Shown here piece after piece: positions 11,705 to 24,767 of a DNA stretch of 64,000 nucleotides (position 1 is the stretch's first letter; every line of letters begins with the position of its first letter). The DNA lies in the NCBI GenBank assembly GCA_965153285.1, contig OZ229110.1. The stretch is one strand, 5' to 3'. The position numbers and the translations under genes were made by a program. Source of the stretch: Podarcis tiliguerta (lineage: Eukaryota). Under the pieces are notes generated by a model. It had not been told where the DNA came from. It ran no database searches and saw only the letters and a program-made list of their open reading frames with translations.

Positions 11705-13014
11705 TATTTGTTGGATATTTAACATTTCCCTTTTCCTCCCTTTTCTTTTGGTAACTAGAAAATGCTAGGCCTTGCATAAATATGAAAGTTCCTCAAACAA
11801 TGAAGGTACATAGTTTATTTGTGATCATATACTACTTATCCAGATCAAGAAAGTCTTCCACTTTGGGTAGGAGACAACAGGTTGTCAAGGCTGAGTCCTG
11901 CTGTTTCACATGCTTGAGGAAAATATCAGAAGCTTCTGTTTTCACATTTAAACTAGCCACAGTTCCCTGTGGTGTCCAAATTCAGGGAACTGTGGTTTGT
12001 TTCAACTGTCGTTTGCAAACAAACCAGAAACTGAATAATGTTTGGTATTGACTTCCTCTCACCATCTTGCCTGAATCAAGGCATACACTTTCTTTTTCTG
12101 TTGCTGCCTGGGTTCTGGCCACATTCATAGTTTTTTTGGGGGTGGGGGGTAAATTGCCTAAGAGCTGAGCTGAGTTTACATAAAGGGAAAACACAATGAA
12201 GTATAACTCAGTTCTTCTACAAGTTTCACAGCTCATGTGCATTTTAATATGATTTACTAAATTTCAGTCGCTAAGTAGCTCACAGGTGTGCACTGTTCAG
12301 ATTAATAATGTTTCTTAATTGCCATAAAACTAATAATGTACTAAAGATAAATAGGCAATAGCAGTTAAAACATCAGGTACCAACTGACTGCAGTACAGTG
12401 CTGTTATGGAATTTTCAACAACACTGCAACTTCTAAAGAAATGAACCGGAATGTTCTAATGCTGTCCAACCTCTAGAAGAACATTAAATTAAATTTAAAT
12501 TTAAACTGCACAGGCCTGGGGAAGGGGTATATGGATGCACAACAGGAAAATTTAAGCAATTAAGAGTTTTCTCCCCTAATATAAAATACAGGCACAAGGC
12601 CCGCAATTCCGATTGGGGCTACACTGGTTTGTAAAGGGTTAAAGGCCCCTATCTCCCCCCACACACACACACACAAACAGGGTACCAATGTAGATCAGTG
12701 GGCCCATGCTTGCAATTTGTGTTTTTAGAAATCACTGCACTTTAAAACACATCTACTACCTTGTGTAACATAGAGTTAACTGTAAGTTAGAACAATGATA
12801 AACAGAGGCAAGGAAGTTGGAAGAAAGGAACAAAGTAGACTGGGAATGGGGGGGGGAAATGAAGGCTACATAGTTGAATGAAAATTATTCAAGCACACAA
12901 TGGCCAAGATCCCACAGTGGGGGAATGATTGATATATGTGAATGGTCCTATATGCAAATGGAAATTCATTCTATTAAAAGTAGATGTGCCCAGCTCATCT
13001 ACATTAGAAATGTG

Positions 13015-13059
<45 letters not shown>

Positions 13060-13070
13060 GAACACTGTGA

Positions 13071-13085
13071 CACCAGATGGCGCTG
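13071..13085 (+). promoter_or_regulatory. Candidate CTCF site
   Basis: CACCAGATGGCGCTG closely matches the CTCF core CCASYAGRKGGCRS and keeps its CpG in unique intergenic DNA. Confidence 0.5.
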
Positions 13086-15529
13086 TAGAGCTGAAATCGG
13101 AACTTATGAAATTTTCCATTGTGTGCTTTAAAACGTTTTTTTTAAAAAAAGCATTTTCGGGCTGTTTTTGCAGCCTGAGACTCTGGATCTCAGCAATTAC
13201 CTCTGCTTACTGTATCAGTCTCTGGAGTCCTGTTAAAATATAATTAATCATACATTTATTGTGAGAGTTATCACTTCATTTGATTATTACAAAATGTATA
13301 AATGACATGGCTTCTACTCATCCCCACCAATATTTTATAGTATAAAACATTTAAAATTACTGTTAATGCAGCGATTGTTCTCTTTCCAAATTGGTTTTGC
13401 TAGATTTTTGAATATTATTTTAAAGACATACATGCAAAGTAAATAAATACAGAATAAGCTGCAATAAAATAGGAACACCAGTCTCTTTCATAGAGTTGAT
13501 TCTAGCAGGCAATGCAGAGATATTAATTCAATGTCACATTTCTTACATTTTTTAAAATAAAACATCACGTTTTCAAGGTAAACAGCTCTAAATCCAGAAA
13601 AGTGCACATCTGGTTTAAATAGTCGGTATAGGGATATGTGAGCAAAGTTTTAAAAATAAAAAATTAAATAGGGCAGGGAAAAGTGTAAACATAGAACAGT
13701 GGTTACTCTTTGTAGCGATTTTATAGTAAATGTAGCCATCTTGTGGAAGAAAACAGAACAGCAAGATAACACATGAGTGATACTAAACCTCAGTGCTTTC
13801 TATTAATGTAATGCTTGATAGTAATGAGATCTTTATTTCTGAAGAGGATTTTCCACCAAACAATATTCATTCAGACAGTACTGTGCTGTAAAGATATGGA
13901 GTAACCACATGGAAATGAATGTCAAGGCACCAACTGTGTTTTGCGTAGAACAAGGAATTGTATATAAGCAACAAGTTCTTTAAGTCCTGTTTAAATGTTA
14001 AACTTGGCAATCAACAGAAGAAGCTTCCAGGTGGGCTGTTTATTTGCCCAAAAATTTATTGTTACCCCACTCTTTCTAGTGCGATTATCCCATCACTTTT
14101 CTAGCTGCAAAACAATGTCCTGCTATCTCACTTAAACCAACAGAATATTTACAGCTTGCAGATCTAACTTATAGAATAAGAGAACAAGAAGAACATTCCT
14201 TTAAAGAAGATTGGAAAATGTTTATATGGGGGGGGGAATTGTGTACACTTGAAAACATTGGCAGCATTAAGATAAATTCAGCAGTGTAAATAAGTTTTGA
14301 TGGAAGTAATAATGGAATACTGAATGGTTTAGTTTATATAAAATAGGCAGGGATTAACGCTATGCAAAATGAACCATGGAAAGAGAAGAAGTCATTGATA
14401 GTTTAAGGTTGTCTAAATGAATATTCTAAATTGTAAAACAGTATGTGTGTACATACACACACACAAACACACAAACACACACACACAATGTCCTACAATC
14501 TCTGCATGAATATATCAGAATGCATGCTCGATAAATAGGTAATGTCATATAATCTCCATGCAGATTTTGTCCAAACAGACAGCACAAATGATCAATAAAC
14601 ACCTGGTCTGGAATTTCGCAGAAATCCAACAGAAAATTGTCTCCCAGTTTGCAAAAGTTATGGAGAAAACTCACATTTTGTCACGGCATACCTATGTAAA
14701 ACTGTTAGGATACTTTCACATTCCTTATGCTAACCACAGATTTACTTCACTAAGGGTACTTTAAAAGTGTTATTCTACAGAGTAAACATGGCACAATGAA
14801 GACCAGAAATTGGCTGGGCCTTGAAAATTTGTACCAGGAGTTAACATGCTTGTTTACTAGCGGTTGTTGCGCTTTAGGCGTGTTTGCAAAAAAACACACA
14901 CTAACAACACAAAAAACCCAGTTGTAAGGCAGACAGGTTCATTTTAAATGTTTCAAGAAACAAAGAGACGTAGAAGTCATTTATACCAAAACCTCACTGC
15001 ATTTTGAAATTAATTAATTCATAATTATTCTAATTTTAATTCTAATTCATTCATAGCTATTCTAATTATTCCTTATTCAAATTCATACCAGACCAATACA
15101 TAAACAGGTGACTGCATAGGGAATGAAAGGCAGGCCACATGGCACACGCTGTTCTGTCCTCAAACAGCTCACTACTGCTTGCTCACTAACTCCACCCTGG
15201 TGCCTTCGCATTGCTTCTTCAAACAAATGTTGCAATGCAGAAGTGATGACACCAGCATGCATTATATGAGCAGAGCACCACATGCGCACATGTGACACCT
15301 GCTGGAGTATGTGACTGGGCTGGCTGCCTCTCGGCCTGCTTGGACAGCTTGAAGACTTTTGTAGGGCACTGTCTGTGACCTGTTAGGAGAAGGGGATTAG
15401 ATGGAGCAGCCCGTCAGCCCAAGCTAGCAACAACCAAGCATCGCTGCAGCTGTGTCAGCAGCTCAGAACGATGTGAGCTGCAGGGGTGGGGGCTGTGGCT
15501 AAGAGAAAACAGCTAAGGAAATGGAAGTA

Positions 15530-15755
15530 CAGTGGTACCTCTGGTTACGTACTTAATTCGTTCTGGAGGTCCGTTCTTAACCTGAAACTGTTCTTAACCT
15601 GAGGTACCATTTTAGCTAATGGGGCCTCCTGCTGCCACCACGCTGCTGGAGCACGATTTCTGTTCTCATCCTGAAGCAAAGTTCTTAACCCGAGGTACTA
15701 TTTCTGGGTTAGTGGAGTTTGTAACCTGAAGCTTATGCAACCCGAGGTACCACTG
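15530..15755 (-). mobile_element. Family A MITE
   Basis: Both TIRs and TA TSD. Confidence 0.88.
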
Positions 15756-15971
15756 TAGTCTTGTTGGGTTTCCCCTTTTGCTGTGAGTAGTAGTGTAGTG
15801 AACATCTGGAACAAGCATTTTCCTTGACACAAGCTCAGCCTCTAAGATGCCACAGAAAAAGGCATTATAAAAGGTTTTTGAAGGCCACATAAAAGAGCAG
15901 CTACAGGTGAATACTTGCATGTCATCGACATGACAGCACATGCGCCATTCAACAGGTTCCCGATACTGGTA

Positions 15972-16189
15972 CAGTGGTACCTCGGTTTAAGAGCTTAATT
16001 CGTTCCAGAGATCCGTTCTTAACCTGAAACTATTCTTAACCTGAGGTACCACGTTAGCTAATAGGGCCTCCCACTGTCGCCGCCCCACAATTTCTGTTCT
16101 CATCCTAAAGCAAAGTTCTTAACCCGAGGTACTACTTCAGGGTTAGCAGAGTCTGTAACCTGAAGCGTCTGTAACCCGAGGTACCACTG
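15972..16189 (-). mobile_element. Family A MITE
   Basis: Both TIRs and TA TSD. Confidence 0.88.
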
Positions 16190-16519
16190 TATATTCTCTG
16201 TACAGCACTGACACAGCCATGATAGCTGTGCAGACTCAAGACCAACTCCAGGCTGGAGTGAGGGGACCTGTAAGGCCTTCTAATGAGTCATCCCCCCTAT
16301 ATCAGCAGGTGGTGGAGAGCCCCTCCCCTTTTTATTTCCTCCTGCAGATTTAAGGACAGAGAATGACAATGGCAATGGCACCACTCTTCCAGTGAGCACC
16401 AGGTAGCCACTATGGAGACTGACCATAATGGCCTGCATCAACATAACATCATTGTGGGCAATTAGATGGTGACCACCCCATCTTCACTGGAGCCCCAGAA
16501 AAGGGAGATGGGGCTAGTA

Positions 16520-16610
16520 CATAGCTGTCAACTTTTCCCTTTCTTTCAAGGGAAATCCCCTTATTCCAAATAGGACTCCCCGCAAGCAAAGGGAAAAGTT
16601 GACAGCTATG
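16520..16610. mobile_element. 91-bp hAT-type MITE
   Basis: TIR CATAGCTGTCAACTTTTCCCTTT; perfect 8-bp TSD GGCTAGTA (16512-16519 and 16611-16618); second copy at 47600. Confidence 0.85.
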
Positions 16611-16972
16611 GGCTAGTAGTGTCTGAAGCAGTGGGCTCATGGCAGGTGCCTGAAGAAGTTGCCTGCTTCTACCAGGGCATGCATACTTCAGTAGTAGGGA
16701 TGGAATTTTCCTGAAATTCAATATGAAAATACAATTCCTGTGCAGCAGATGCATTATTGGGAGAAATATGTTAGGGGTTTGTGCCTCCCTCCCCCCCAAA
16801 AAACAGCAATTGAGCAGGTGGTGGACTGTAGCTCTGTGGCATATTGCCTGCCCTCCACTAACAGGATCCTACATGAGTAAGAAAACTAGTTAGGATCCAA
16901 GACCAGGTCCCAGGTTTGATCCCTACAATTTCCAGGTGGCGTTGGGAAAAGGCTGCTGCCATATATATACTG

Positions 16973-17009
<37 letters not shown>

Positions 17010-17383
17010 ATATATGCTCCCTGAGCTGCTCTTTGGGACGGGGGGGGGGACCCGGGCTTCCCCCGCCAGCCCCACAAGCTCTGGAAGCGTGGCTCTGTCC
17101 ATTCCCCTACCTCCCACAAAAGCCAGGGATAGCCGCGCTCCCTTTAAAGAGCCACACGGAGTGTGTGTGTGTGCCTCTTGGGGGCTTTTCCCCGAGGAGG
17201 GAGAAGGGCAGCCCGTCACTGACACAAGCGCTGCACACACGCTCCACACAGCTCGTGAAAGGGAGTGCTGAGCAGAGCCTGGGATGCATACAGGCTCTGC
17301 TCAGCGCTCCCTTTAAGTAATCTTTTTTTTTCTTGAATTCCCCCTCTAAAAACTAGGTGCGCCTTATGGAGCGAAAAATACGG
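17010..17383. mobile_element. pogo-like MITE, left end degraded
   Basis: Right end GGAGCGAAAAATACGG-TA shared with 37346-37791; internal 24-bp hairpin at 17258-17314. Confidence 0.7.
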
Positions 17384-18841
17384 TAGTATACTGCCCTTCA
17401 TCTGCAGATCTCAGGGTGGTTCACAACATACAACTTAATATATTTAATATAAGGCACCTTCCTATGTTCCCTAAATATCACTTAATTTAATGATACTTCC
17501 AAATAACCATGCAGAACCTTCCTCCTTCCTTAGTTTAACACAGATTTGTAAAATTATGTTATTTATGTATAAAAGTTGGCTGATTGGTGAGCTTGTAAGC
17601 TGCCCAGGGAATGCATATTGATGGGTAGCTATGGAACGTCAATATATAAACAAATAAATAACAATTAGAATCCAACACAGAGACCACCTTAAATCAGGCA
17701 GTTCCCTGTGGCTTCTGTACTGCTTCCACAAAAACAGCAGCAGACATGACAACATATTTCCTAAGCACTGGATAACATATTTCCCAAGCATTGCCCATTC
17801 CATAAACAAAATATAAAGTGCAACTGGATAGATTTTATAGAACAACACCCATCGTAAATATAACCTTATCAATTAATGCTCTGTACTGTTTCCATCTGTA
17901 ATCTCCGGTAGACACCTGTCTACGGGAAACTGGAGAACTACAATTTATTCCACACAGACCATTATACACATAACAGATGGTTAACATTCTGTCTCCGTTA
18001 ATCTGGGCTAGAGTTCAATTGGCAATATAGAGGTGAATGACTCTATCCTATTAGTAGTCCCTTGAGCCATCTTGCCTCCAACTGGCAAGCTAAAGATTAT
18101 CAGATAAGCATGGCGGCTGTTACCATCCCCTCAGATAACTAATTTCTGTCACATTTCAGAGTACAGTTTGATCTTAACAGGAGCTCAGATGCATAACTGC
18201 CAAGACATTTAATTCTGCTGAATGTCTTATCTGAGAACGAAAGGAAGTTGTGCTGGAAAGCTAAGCAAACCAGTTGGTCTGGTAGAGCCTTATGCAGATA
18301 ATTAATGAAGGGGAATTGGCAAAGGGCAAAATGAATGGGGAAGTGAGAAATGCAGAGGCAGCCTTGCTTTGTATAAAAAAAAGCAATCAGGAAAAATATA
18401 GAGATAGATGAGGAACGTATACTTTATGCTGAACGTGCTCAGAGATCAAATATGTAATTTTCCATGACTTCAAAGTAAGAGATCAGAATATCTTTATTGC
18501 TTCATGTTGTCACAGAAGAGCTTTTTTTCCGATAAATAGAAATCACCCTCCTTAATGCTTCTCCTAATCAGGGTCATACTGGTCAGAGCACAGACTTCAC
18601 AATGGAGTGACTGTTTGCTACCAAACTCTGCTACATTTCACCGCTACTGTATGTCTATGTAAATGTGACTCTTCAGCAAAAGCTTAGATTACCGTTTGAA
18701 GCCCCAGAGTTATTAAGTGGCACCATTATGTGGAACTATGTGGAAAGTCTGTGGATAAGGACCCCAAATATTACCAGTTTGCATCCACACTTTTAAGCCT
18801 TTCTTCATGTTTCTGTATCACTAACACAACTTAGGTTGTAT

Positions 18842-19056
18842 GTAAAGGTAAAGGTAAAGGGACCCCTGACCATTACTTCCAGTCGTGGCCGACTCTGGGG
18901 TTGCGGCGCTCATCTCGCTTTATTGGCCGAGGGAGCCGGCGTACAGCTTCCAGGTCATGTGGCCAGCATGACTAAGCCGCTTCTGGCGAACCAAAGCAGT
19001 GCACGGAAACGCCGTTTACCTTCCCGCCGGAGCGGTACCTATTTATCTACTTGCAT
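18842..19056 (-). mobile_element. Sauria SINE, 5'-truncated
   Basis: (AAAGGT)n tail; body is the reverse complement of ~9160-9369. Confidence 0.9.
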
Positions 19057-19175
19057 TTTTGGAGCAGTCAGAGACAAGGAACACAAAGTGAGGCCATGAT
19101 ACAAAAGTGGATTTGGGGAACTGATGCTGTAGTTGACTTCAATAGGGTTACATGCAAAGCAGAGATCAGTTAGAG

Positions 19176-19532
19176 CAGGGGTCGGCAACCTAAGGCCCAT
19201 GGGCCACAAGCGGCCCATGTGGGTCATTTAATTGGCCCTTGGACCCCCGGCGCCTGCTTGGGGACCCCCACCACCCACTCAGTTGGCTCCCATGTGCCAC
19301 GCTAAACTGGCACAGAGCAGAGCAGGGACCACCTTCCACGGCGCTGGCCGGCTTCCCACTGGCTGCAGGAACTTCCTGCAGCCAATGGGAAGTTGCGCAT
19401 GCCTCCTCCACGCCGGAAGGAGACCGGAAATAGCATTTGTGCATGTGTAATGCACACACACACACTCTGGCCCACCACGGTGTCTGCAGCATCGTGAACC
19501 GGCCCAAGCCACAAAAACTTTGCCGACCCCTG
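19176..19532. mobile_element. hAT (Charlie-like) MITE
   Basis: TIR CAGGGGTCGGCAA/TTGCCGACCCCTG; perfect 8-bp TSD AGTTAGAG. Confidence 0.9.
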
Positions 19533-20171
19533 AGTTAGAGTAATGGCAAGAGTTCCAGTCCAAAGATATTAGTGCAAGAGTGTCTGATGCAATGCACCTC
19601 TAGGCACTGATTTGGATAGGTGGCTTCATTTCCTTAACAGCATTTTGGCTGGTGAGTCAGACACCAGAGCCAACGGATCCTTGATCTTATCCTGTGGTAC
19701 TGGCTGCTTTCTGTGGAATCCTACTATACTATGGGGCAGAACAGTGTAAAATCTCATGAGGGCACAGAAAACACCTTCAAGCAATTGAGTGCAGGTCCTG
19801 AACATAGAATTTTAGTGAAATTAAGCATGTCAGCAGTGCCAACGTGAATAAAATATTGGGGGGGGGGCAGGTAAGACCCATGATCACACGATATGGAGCA
19901 TGTACATCATTTGAATGGCAATGCCCACCAACTGGGTTGTGTGTGTGGCCCCCCTCAAATATTCTGGCTCCTATGTTATATATACCCCATGTACTCCAGC
20001 GCCCCTGCATGGAAACCGCTCTCATGCTTATCTAATTAAAAGCATCCATCACTCTCCTGCCTAATAGAAACATACATTACAATAAAATACTGTGGGTTTG
20101 TGTATTTTGGGATAGATTTTCTTACTGGAGCAACCATAGGCACAAAGACTATCGAAAGAAACCCTGAATGC

Positions 20172-21099
20172 ATCATAGAATCATAGAATCATAGAGTTGG
20201 AAGAGACCACAAGGGCCATCGAGTCCAACCCCCTGCCAAGCAGGAAACACCATCAGAGCACTCCTGACATATGGTTGTCAAGCCTCTGCTTAAAGACCTC
20301 CAAAGAAGGAGACTCCACCACACTCCTTGGCAGCAAATTCCACTGTCGAACAGCTCTTACTGTCAGGAAGTTCTTCCTAATGTTTAGGTGGAATCTTCTT
20401 TCTTGTAGTTTGGATCCATTGCTCCGTGTCCGCTTCTCTGGAGCAGCAGAAAACAACCTTTCTCCCTCCTCCATGTGACATCCCTTCATATATTTGAACA
20501 TGGCTATCATATCACCCCTTAACCTCCTCTTCTCCAGGCTAAACATGCCCAGCTCCCTTAGCCATTCCTCATAAGGCATCGTTTCCAGGCCTTTGACCAT
20601 TTTGGTTGCCCTCCTCTGGACATGTTCCAGTTTGTCAGTGTCCTTCTTGAACTGTGGTGCCCAGAACTGGACACAGTACTCCAGGTGAGGTCTGACCAGA
20701 GCAGAATACAGTGGCACTATAACTTCCCTTGATCTAGATGCTATACTCCTATTGATGCAGCCCAGAATTGCATTGGCTTTTTTAGCTGCCGCGTCACACT
20801 GTTGGCTCATGTCAAGTTTGTGGTCAACCAAGACTCCTAGATCCTTTTCACATGTACTGCTCTCAAGCCAGGTGTCACCCATCTTGTATTTGTGCCTCTC
20901 ATTTTTTTTGCCCAAGTTCAATACTTTACATTTCTCCCTGTTAAAGTTCATCTTGTTTGTTTTGGCCCAGTTCTCTAATCTGTCAAGGTCGTTTTGAAGT
21001 GTGATCCTGTCCTCTGGGGTGTTAGCCACCCCTCCCAGTTTGGTGTCATCTGCAAATTTGATCAGGATGCCCTTGAGTCCATCCTCCAAGTCGTTGATC
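20172..21099 (-). mobile_element. Young CR1 LINE, 5'-truncated, with uninterrupted 278-aa ORF2 C-terminus
   Basis: KFADDTKLGG RT motif, LYSALVRPHLEYCVQFW and RRLRGDMI; (ATTCTATG)n tail; no stop or frameshift. Confidence 0.95.
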
Positions 21100-21969
21100 A
21101 GGTTTTTATTTTAATTAAAACTTGTGCTAACTTGTAAATATTTAAAATCTGTCAATATGAGTTTCAATATTTAATCCAGGAGGACAAAATAAATATTTTG
21201 ACATCTAAGCAAAGCAAACACCACAGCACTCTTGTCACTTAATGGTGCTGCAAATCATTTTCTAAGGCATCTCATTACCAGGGCTTATTATGGGGGGAAA
21301 GTGTTAATTATACTGGCAGTCCCAACTAAATAAACCAGTTCTACTCTGTTACCCTGAGAACTAAATGATAAATGCAAGGTCATGTGAACTTTTCTGCTAA
21401 AATGAATGCTTGCAATATCCTGATTTATCTGTATGCTTAGCATTATGGCTAAATTTGAAGCATCATGGGGTGTGTGTTTTTTTAAAAAATAGTCCATTTT
21501 GTTTGTTCATTTTTGCAAACTTTCCAGTTTTTTAAAAGAGTGTACCCATAATATTGTTGCATACCACCCCAATCTCCAAGTGGTGTGAGATTCCAGGAAT
21601 TCCAGTCGCTTACTCTGGATTCATTCTTCTCAGACTGAGGGACAGCAGAGATTGTGGTCTCTTTATGATACTTACCCATCTGACAACCTGAGCTTCTGCT
21701 TCTGCCGCTACTTCCTGCTGCCTCTTGCCACCATGACATGGCCTCACAGGCTGCTGCTGCTTTTGCCACCATCACTGCGAGGCCTGCAGACCACCTCTGC
21801 TTCTGCCATTGCCTCCTGCTACCGCTGCAAGGCCCAGCAGGCTGCTGCCACTGCCTCCTGCCGGCATGATGTGGCCTGCTAAGTTGTTGTTTCTGCCGCC
21901 AGGCCACCACTGCTTCTGCTGCCTAGCAGGCCTGCTGGCAGCCCCAGATTACCTGAGTTCATTGCTGTA

Positions 21970-22211
21970 CAGTGTTACCTCGGGTTACATATGCTTCAGG
22001 TTACACATGCTTCAGGTTACATACTCCGCTAACCCAGAAATATTGCTTCAGGTTAAGAACTTTGATTCACGATGAGAACAGAAATTGTTCTCCGGTAGCG
22101 CGGCAGCAGCAGGAGGCTCCATTAGCTAAAGTGGTGCTTCAGGTTAAGAACAGTTTCAGGTTAAGTACGGACCTCCGGAACAAATTAAGTACTTAACCCG
22201 AGGTACCACTG
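21970..22211 (+). mobile_element. Family A MITE
   Basis: Both TIRs and TA TSD. Confidence 0.88.
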
Positions 22212-22807
22212 TACTTTGGATTGTCCTGAATACCACCATTTGGTAACCAAGCCCCAAACCTTTGTGCAAACCGCATTTAAGTTGGGCTCTAATTTGAAGT
22301 TTCCTTCTGTAACACAAGAGCTATATTATCCTGATCACCTGGTTAGGTACCCTGATCTTGCCAACAGCACAGGTAATAAACTGATTCTGAAATGAAATCA
22401 CTCTGTGACTATGGGGTGTTACTTGACATTAAGTGTACAGGGACTGAGTCCCATTCTCTAGAAATACCATAAAGGAAGCCTTTTCACTGGATTCTGTACT
22501 AATTTTGAATTCCTGGAAATCTATGGATAGTATGCCCATTGTTCACAAATACAACAAATTACTTTTCAGGATGTTTAGTCACCAGAGGAATTCCATCACC
22601 TCATGACACTGCATAGCAACTTGATGATACATATGTTACCTTACAATATCACATGCAGATGCAACATCACAAGGCTAGCACACACAGTGAGAGAACAAGG
22701 CATCTGACAACTATACATCATAACGATGCTTGATTTAACCACCCCAAAATATGTCCACTTTATTCTTAAAGCACTTACAGTTACAGTTCTATGCATACAG
22801 GATTATT

Positions 22808-23006
22808 GAGGAATGACCACTGGGAGGAGCACAGAAAGAAGAAAAACCATGGTATACCTGAATCAGCACAACCAGATGCCTTCATCTGCCCCAACTGCAA
22901 CAAAACATGTCTCTCCCATATAGGTCTCTACATTCACAGCAGGTGCTATAACTCTCCAACAGTTCGACTTTACCCTCCATTGTCTCCAGAGGCAGATGGA
23001 TGCTAA
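22808..23006 (+). mobile_element. RTE-clade LINE 3' fragment (non-BovB)
   Basis: C-terminal FICPNCNKTCLSHIGLYIHSRC matches the RTE C-x2-C...IGL-x-x-H motif. Confidence 0.7.
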
Positions 23007-23619
23007 CCTGGGACAGACCTCTGAGTGTAACTATGCACAATATCCTGTTGACTGTGCTGTATAATGAACCTGTGATGTCTGAACACTAGGATCTAGAGAA
23101 GAAGCAGTGAGCCCTGAAAGCCCTGTAGTGTGACGACTTTCTGACTATTTGCCTGCAAGGCAAAGAGCACATGAGCACGAAAGCAAGACTGAGGAGGAGC
23201 AAGCTTCACGGACAACGTGAAGAAGGACTGATTACACAGGAGGCTGACCAGGGAAATATCAAAGATGCTCAGGAGCGCCTTTCCACAGCCACTTCATGCT
23301 CCTACGGCTCCACAGAGCAAGACGCCTGTTGACCAGAGAGGGAGGCTGCCTTTGGCTAACGAGTATCAGTACGTAGCAACCTTGGAAGGGAGGTGGTGAC
23401 CGCAGGGCTGGCACAATTCATTTTGCTGCTTGAGGCAGAATGGGAAGGTGCCGCAACTTTGACTTAGAGAGCAAGGGGGGCAATTTTTGGCTTTCGCACA
23501 GGGCGCCACTGAACTTTTGGAAGCCCAAAGTCCACCCTGCCCGGCTGCAGGTACTGCTGTTGGACCGGCATCCAATGGAGGAGCTTCTCAGCACCACTGT
23601 AGGTGTCTCCCACCCCAGT

Positions 23620-24480
23620 CGCTGGAGAAGTGAGAGGCGGCGGAGACGGCAGCGAGATCTCACCAGAGGTCCCCGGAACTCCCTGCCACTTCTCCAGTGG
23701 CGGCGGGGGCGCCTGAGGCACCCGCCTCAGGGTTCCCCACGGGCTATCCTCGTCGCAAAACAAGGCAGTGGCGTTATTGACTCCTTTAACAATACACGCC
23801 GCCTCCCCCCATCTCCGAGTTTGCAGAGCCGAGCGCGCCTCGAGGGCCAAGTCCCCCGGCCCGCCGCGTCCTGTACGCTGCACGTGACCGGAGCGCGAGC
23901 AAGCCGGGGAGAGGGAGTGAGGGAGGGAGGGAGCAGCGCTGCTGGTGGCGGCGCCTCCCTCACCGTCCCGCCTGTCCGGACTTTCCGGTCCCAGCGTGCA
24001 CTGCGGCGGCGTTTGAATGGCGCTAGCTACGCCGAGTGGGCCCCGGCGCTAGGACTCCGCCGCCGCCGCGCCCGGCGGCTCCCATTTAAGGCCCGTCCAG
24101 CAGCAGAACCCGCGGCGCCTGGACCATGAGCAGCACTCGCAGGTGAGCGAGCGGTCGCCCGGTGGGCCCTGGCTAAGGAGCCGGCGGTGGCTGCCACCGG
24201 GCTGTCCCAGCCAGGCGTTCCCCTTCTTCCTCCTCCCTGCTGATGCACGCAGGCCCGGGTCAGGTGCGAAGGAGCAGCCGGGCAGCCAGCGGGGGCCGCA
24301 GGGAGAAAGAGCCAGTGCCAATGCCGCCGCCCCTTCCCCTGCTTCTTCCTCGCTTTATAGTTTCCTTTCATTCGCCCTGGGCGGGGAAGGCCCACCTCGC
24401 TCTCTTCCCATGTTGGGAGGAGTGCTCATGGGCGGGGGTGAGCTAGTTCCTACCTGCCTGCGAGCCACCCACTATCATGC
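23620..24480 (+). promoter_or_regulatory. KATNBL1: CpG-island promoter of KATNBL1
   Basis: High GC and CpG density; E-box CACGTGAC at 23881-23888; ETS-like ACTTTCCGGT at ~23980; contains the exon 1 donor. Confidence 0.85.
24000..24142 (+). other. KATNBL1: KATNBL1 non-coding exon 1 (start approximate)
   Basis: Strong donor CAG|gtgagc at 24142/24143 inside the CpG island. The first coding exon begins with an acceptor 14 nt before its ATG, so an upstream exon is required. Confidence 0.7.
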
Positions 24481-24717
24481 TGCCAGTTGAGGAGGCTGCA
24501 TTTGGGTTGGATTCCCCATTCCCCCACCCCCCAGCTCGTGAGTATGCGCTGCAAAACTATTTTTAAAAATTGAAGAAATTGAGGTGCACTATTCTTTTAA
24601 TCCTCAAGCACCTAATTCGGGAGAGACAGAAGGATGACACACACACACACCGGTTTTCTTTCAGGCTCCCTTCCCTCCTGCATTTACATCAGGAACTTTA
24701 TTTTGGAAGTACCACAT

Positions 24718-24767
24718 GTTTGGTCCATGGGGTCACGAAGCGTCAGACACGACTAAACAACAACAAC
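24718..24767 (+). mobile_element. BovB extreme 3' end
   Basis: tggtccatggggtcacgaag...cacgactaaacaacaacaac. Confidence 0.8.

Noticed and set aside
15290-16330. GC-richer tract interrupted by two MITEs, possibly a DIRS-like or other retroelement relic
   Set aside because: I could not read a convincing RT or tyrosine-recombinase motif.
21482-21950. 142-aa minus-strand ORF with a GTAAGT donor at 21675
   Set aside because: Low-complexity (GCT/GCC) repeat-like sequence with no credible acceptor or homology.
23070-23410. Possible older solo LTR next to the KATNBL1 CpG island
   Set aside because: Starts with TGT and has LTR-like composition, but I found no matching CA end or TSD.
23440-24490. Long ORFs (229, 139, 122 and 115 aa) over the KATNBL1 promoter
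   Set aside because: Stop-poor CpG-island sequence with R/P/G/A-biased, unrecognisable translations. The same applies to the minus-strand ORF at 48815-49459.
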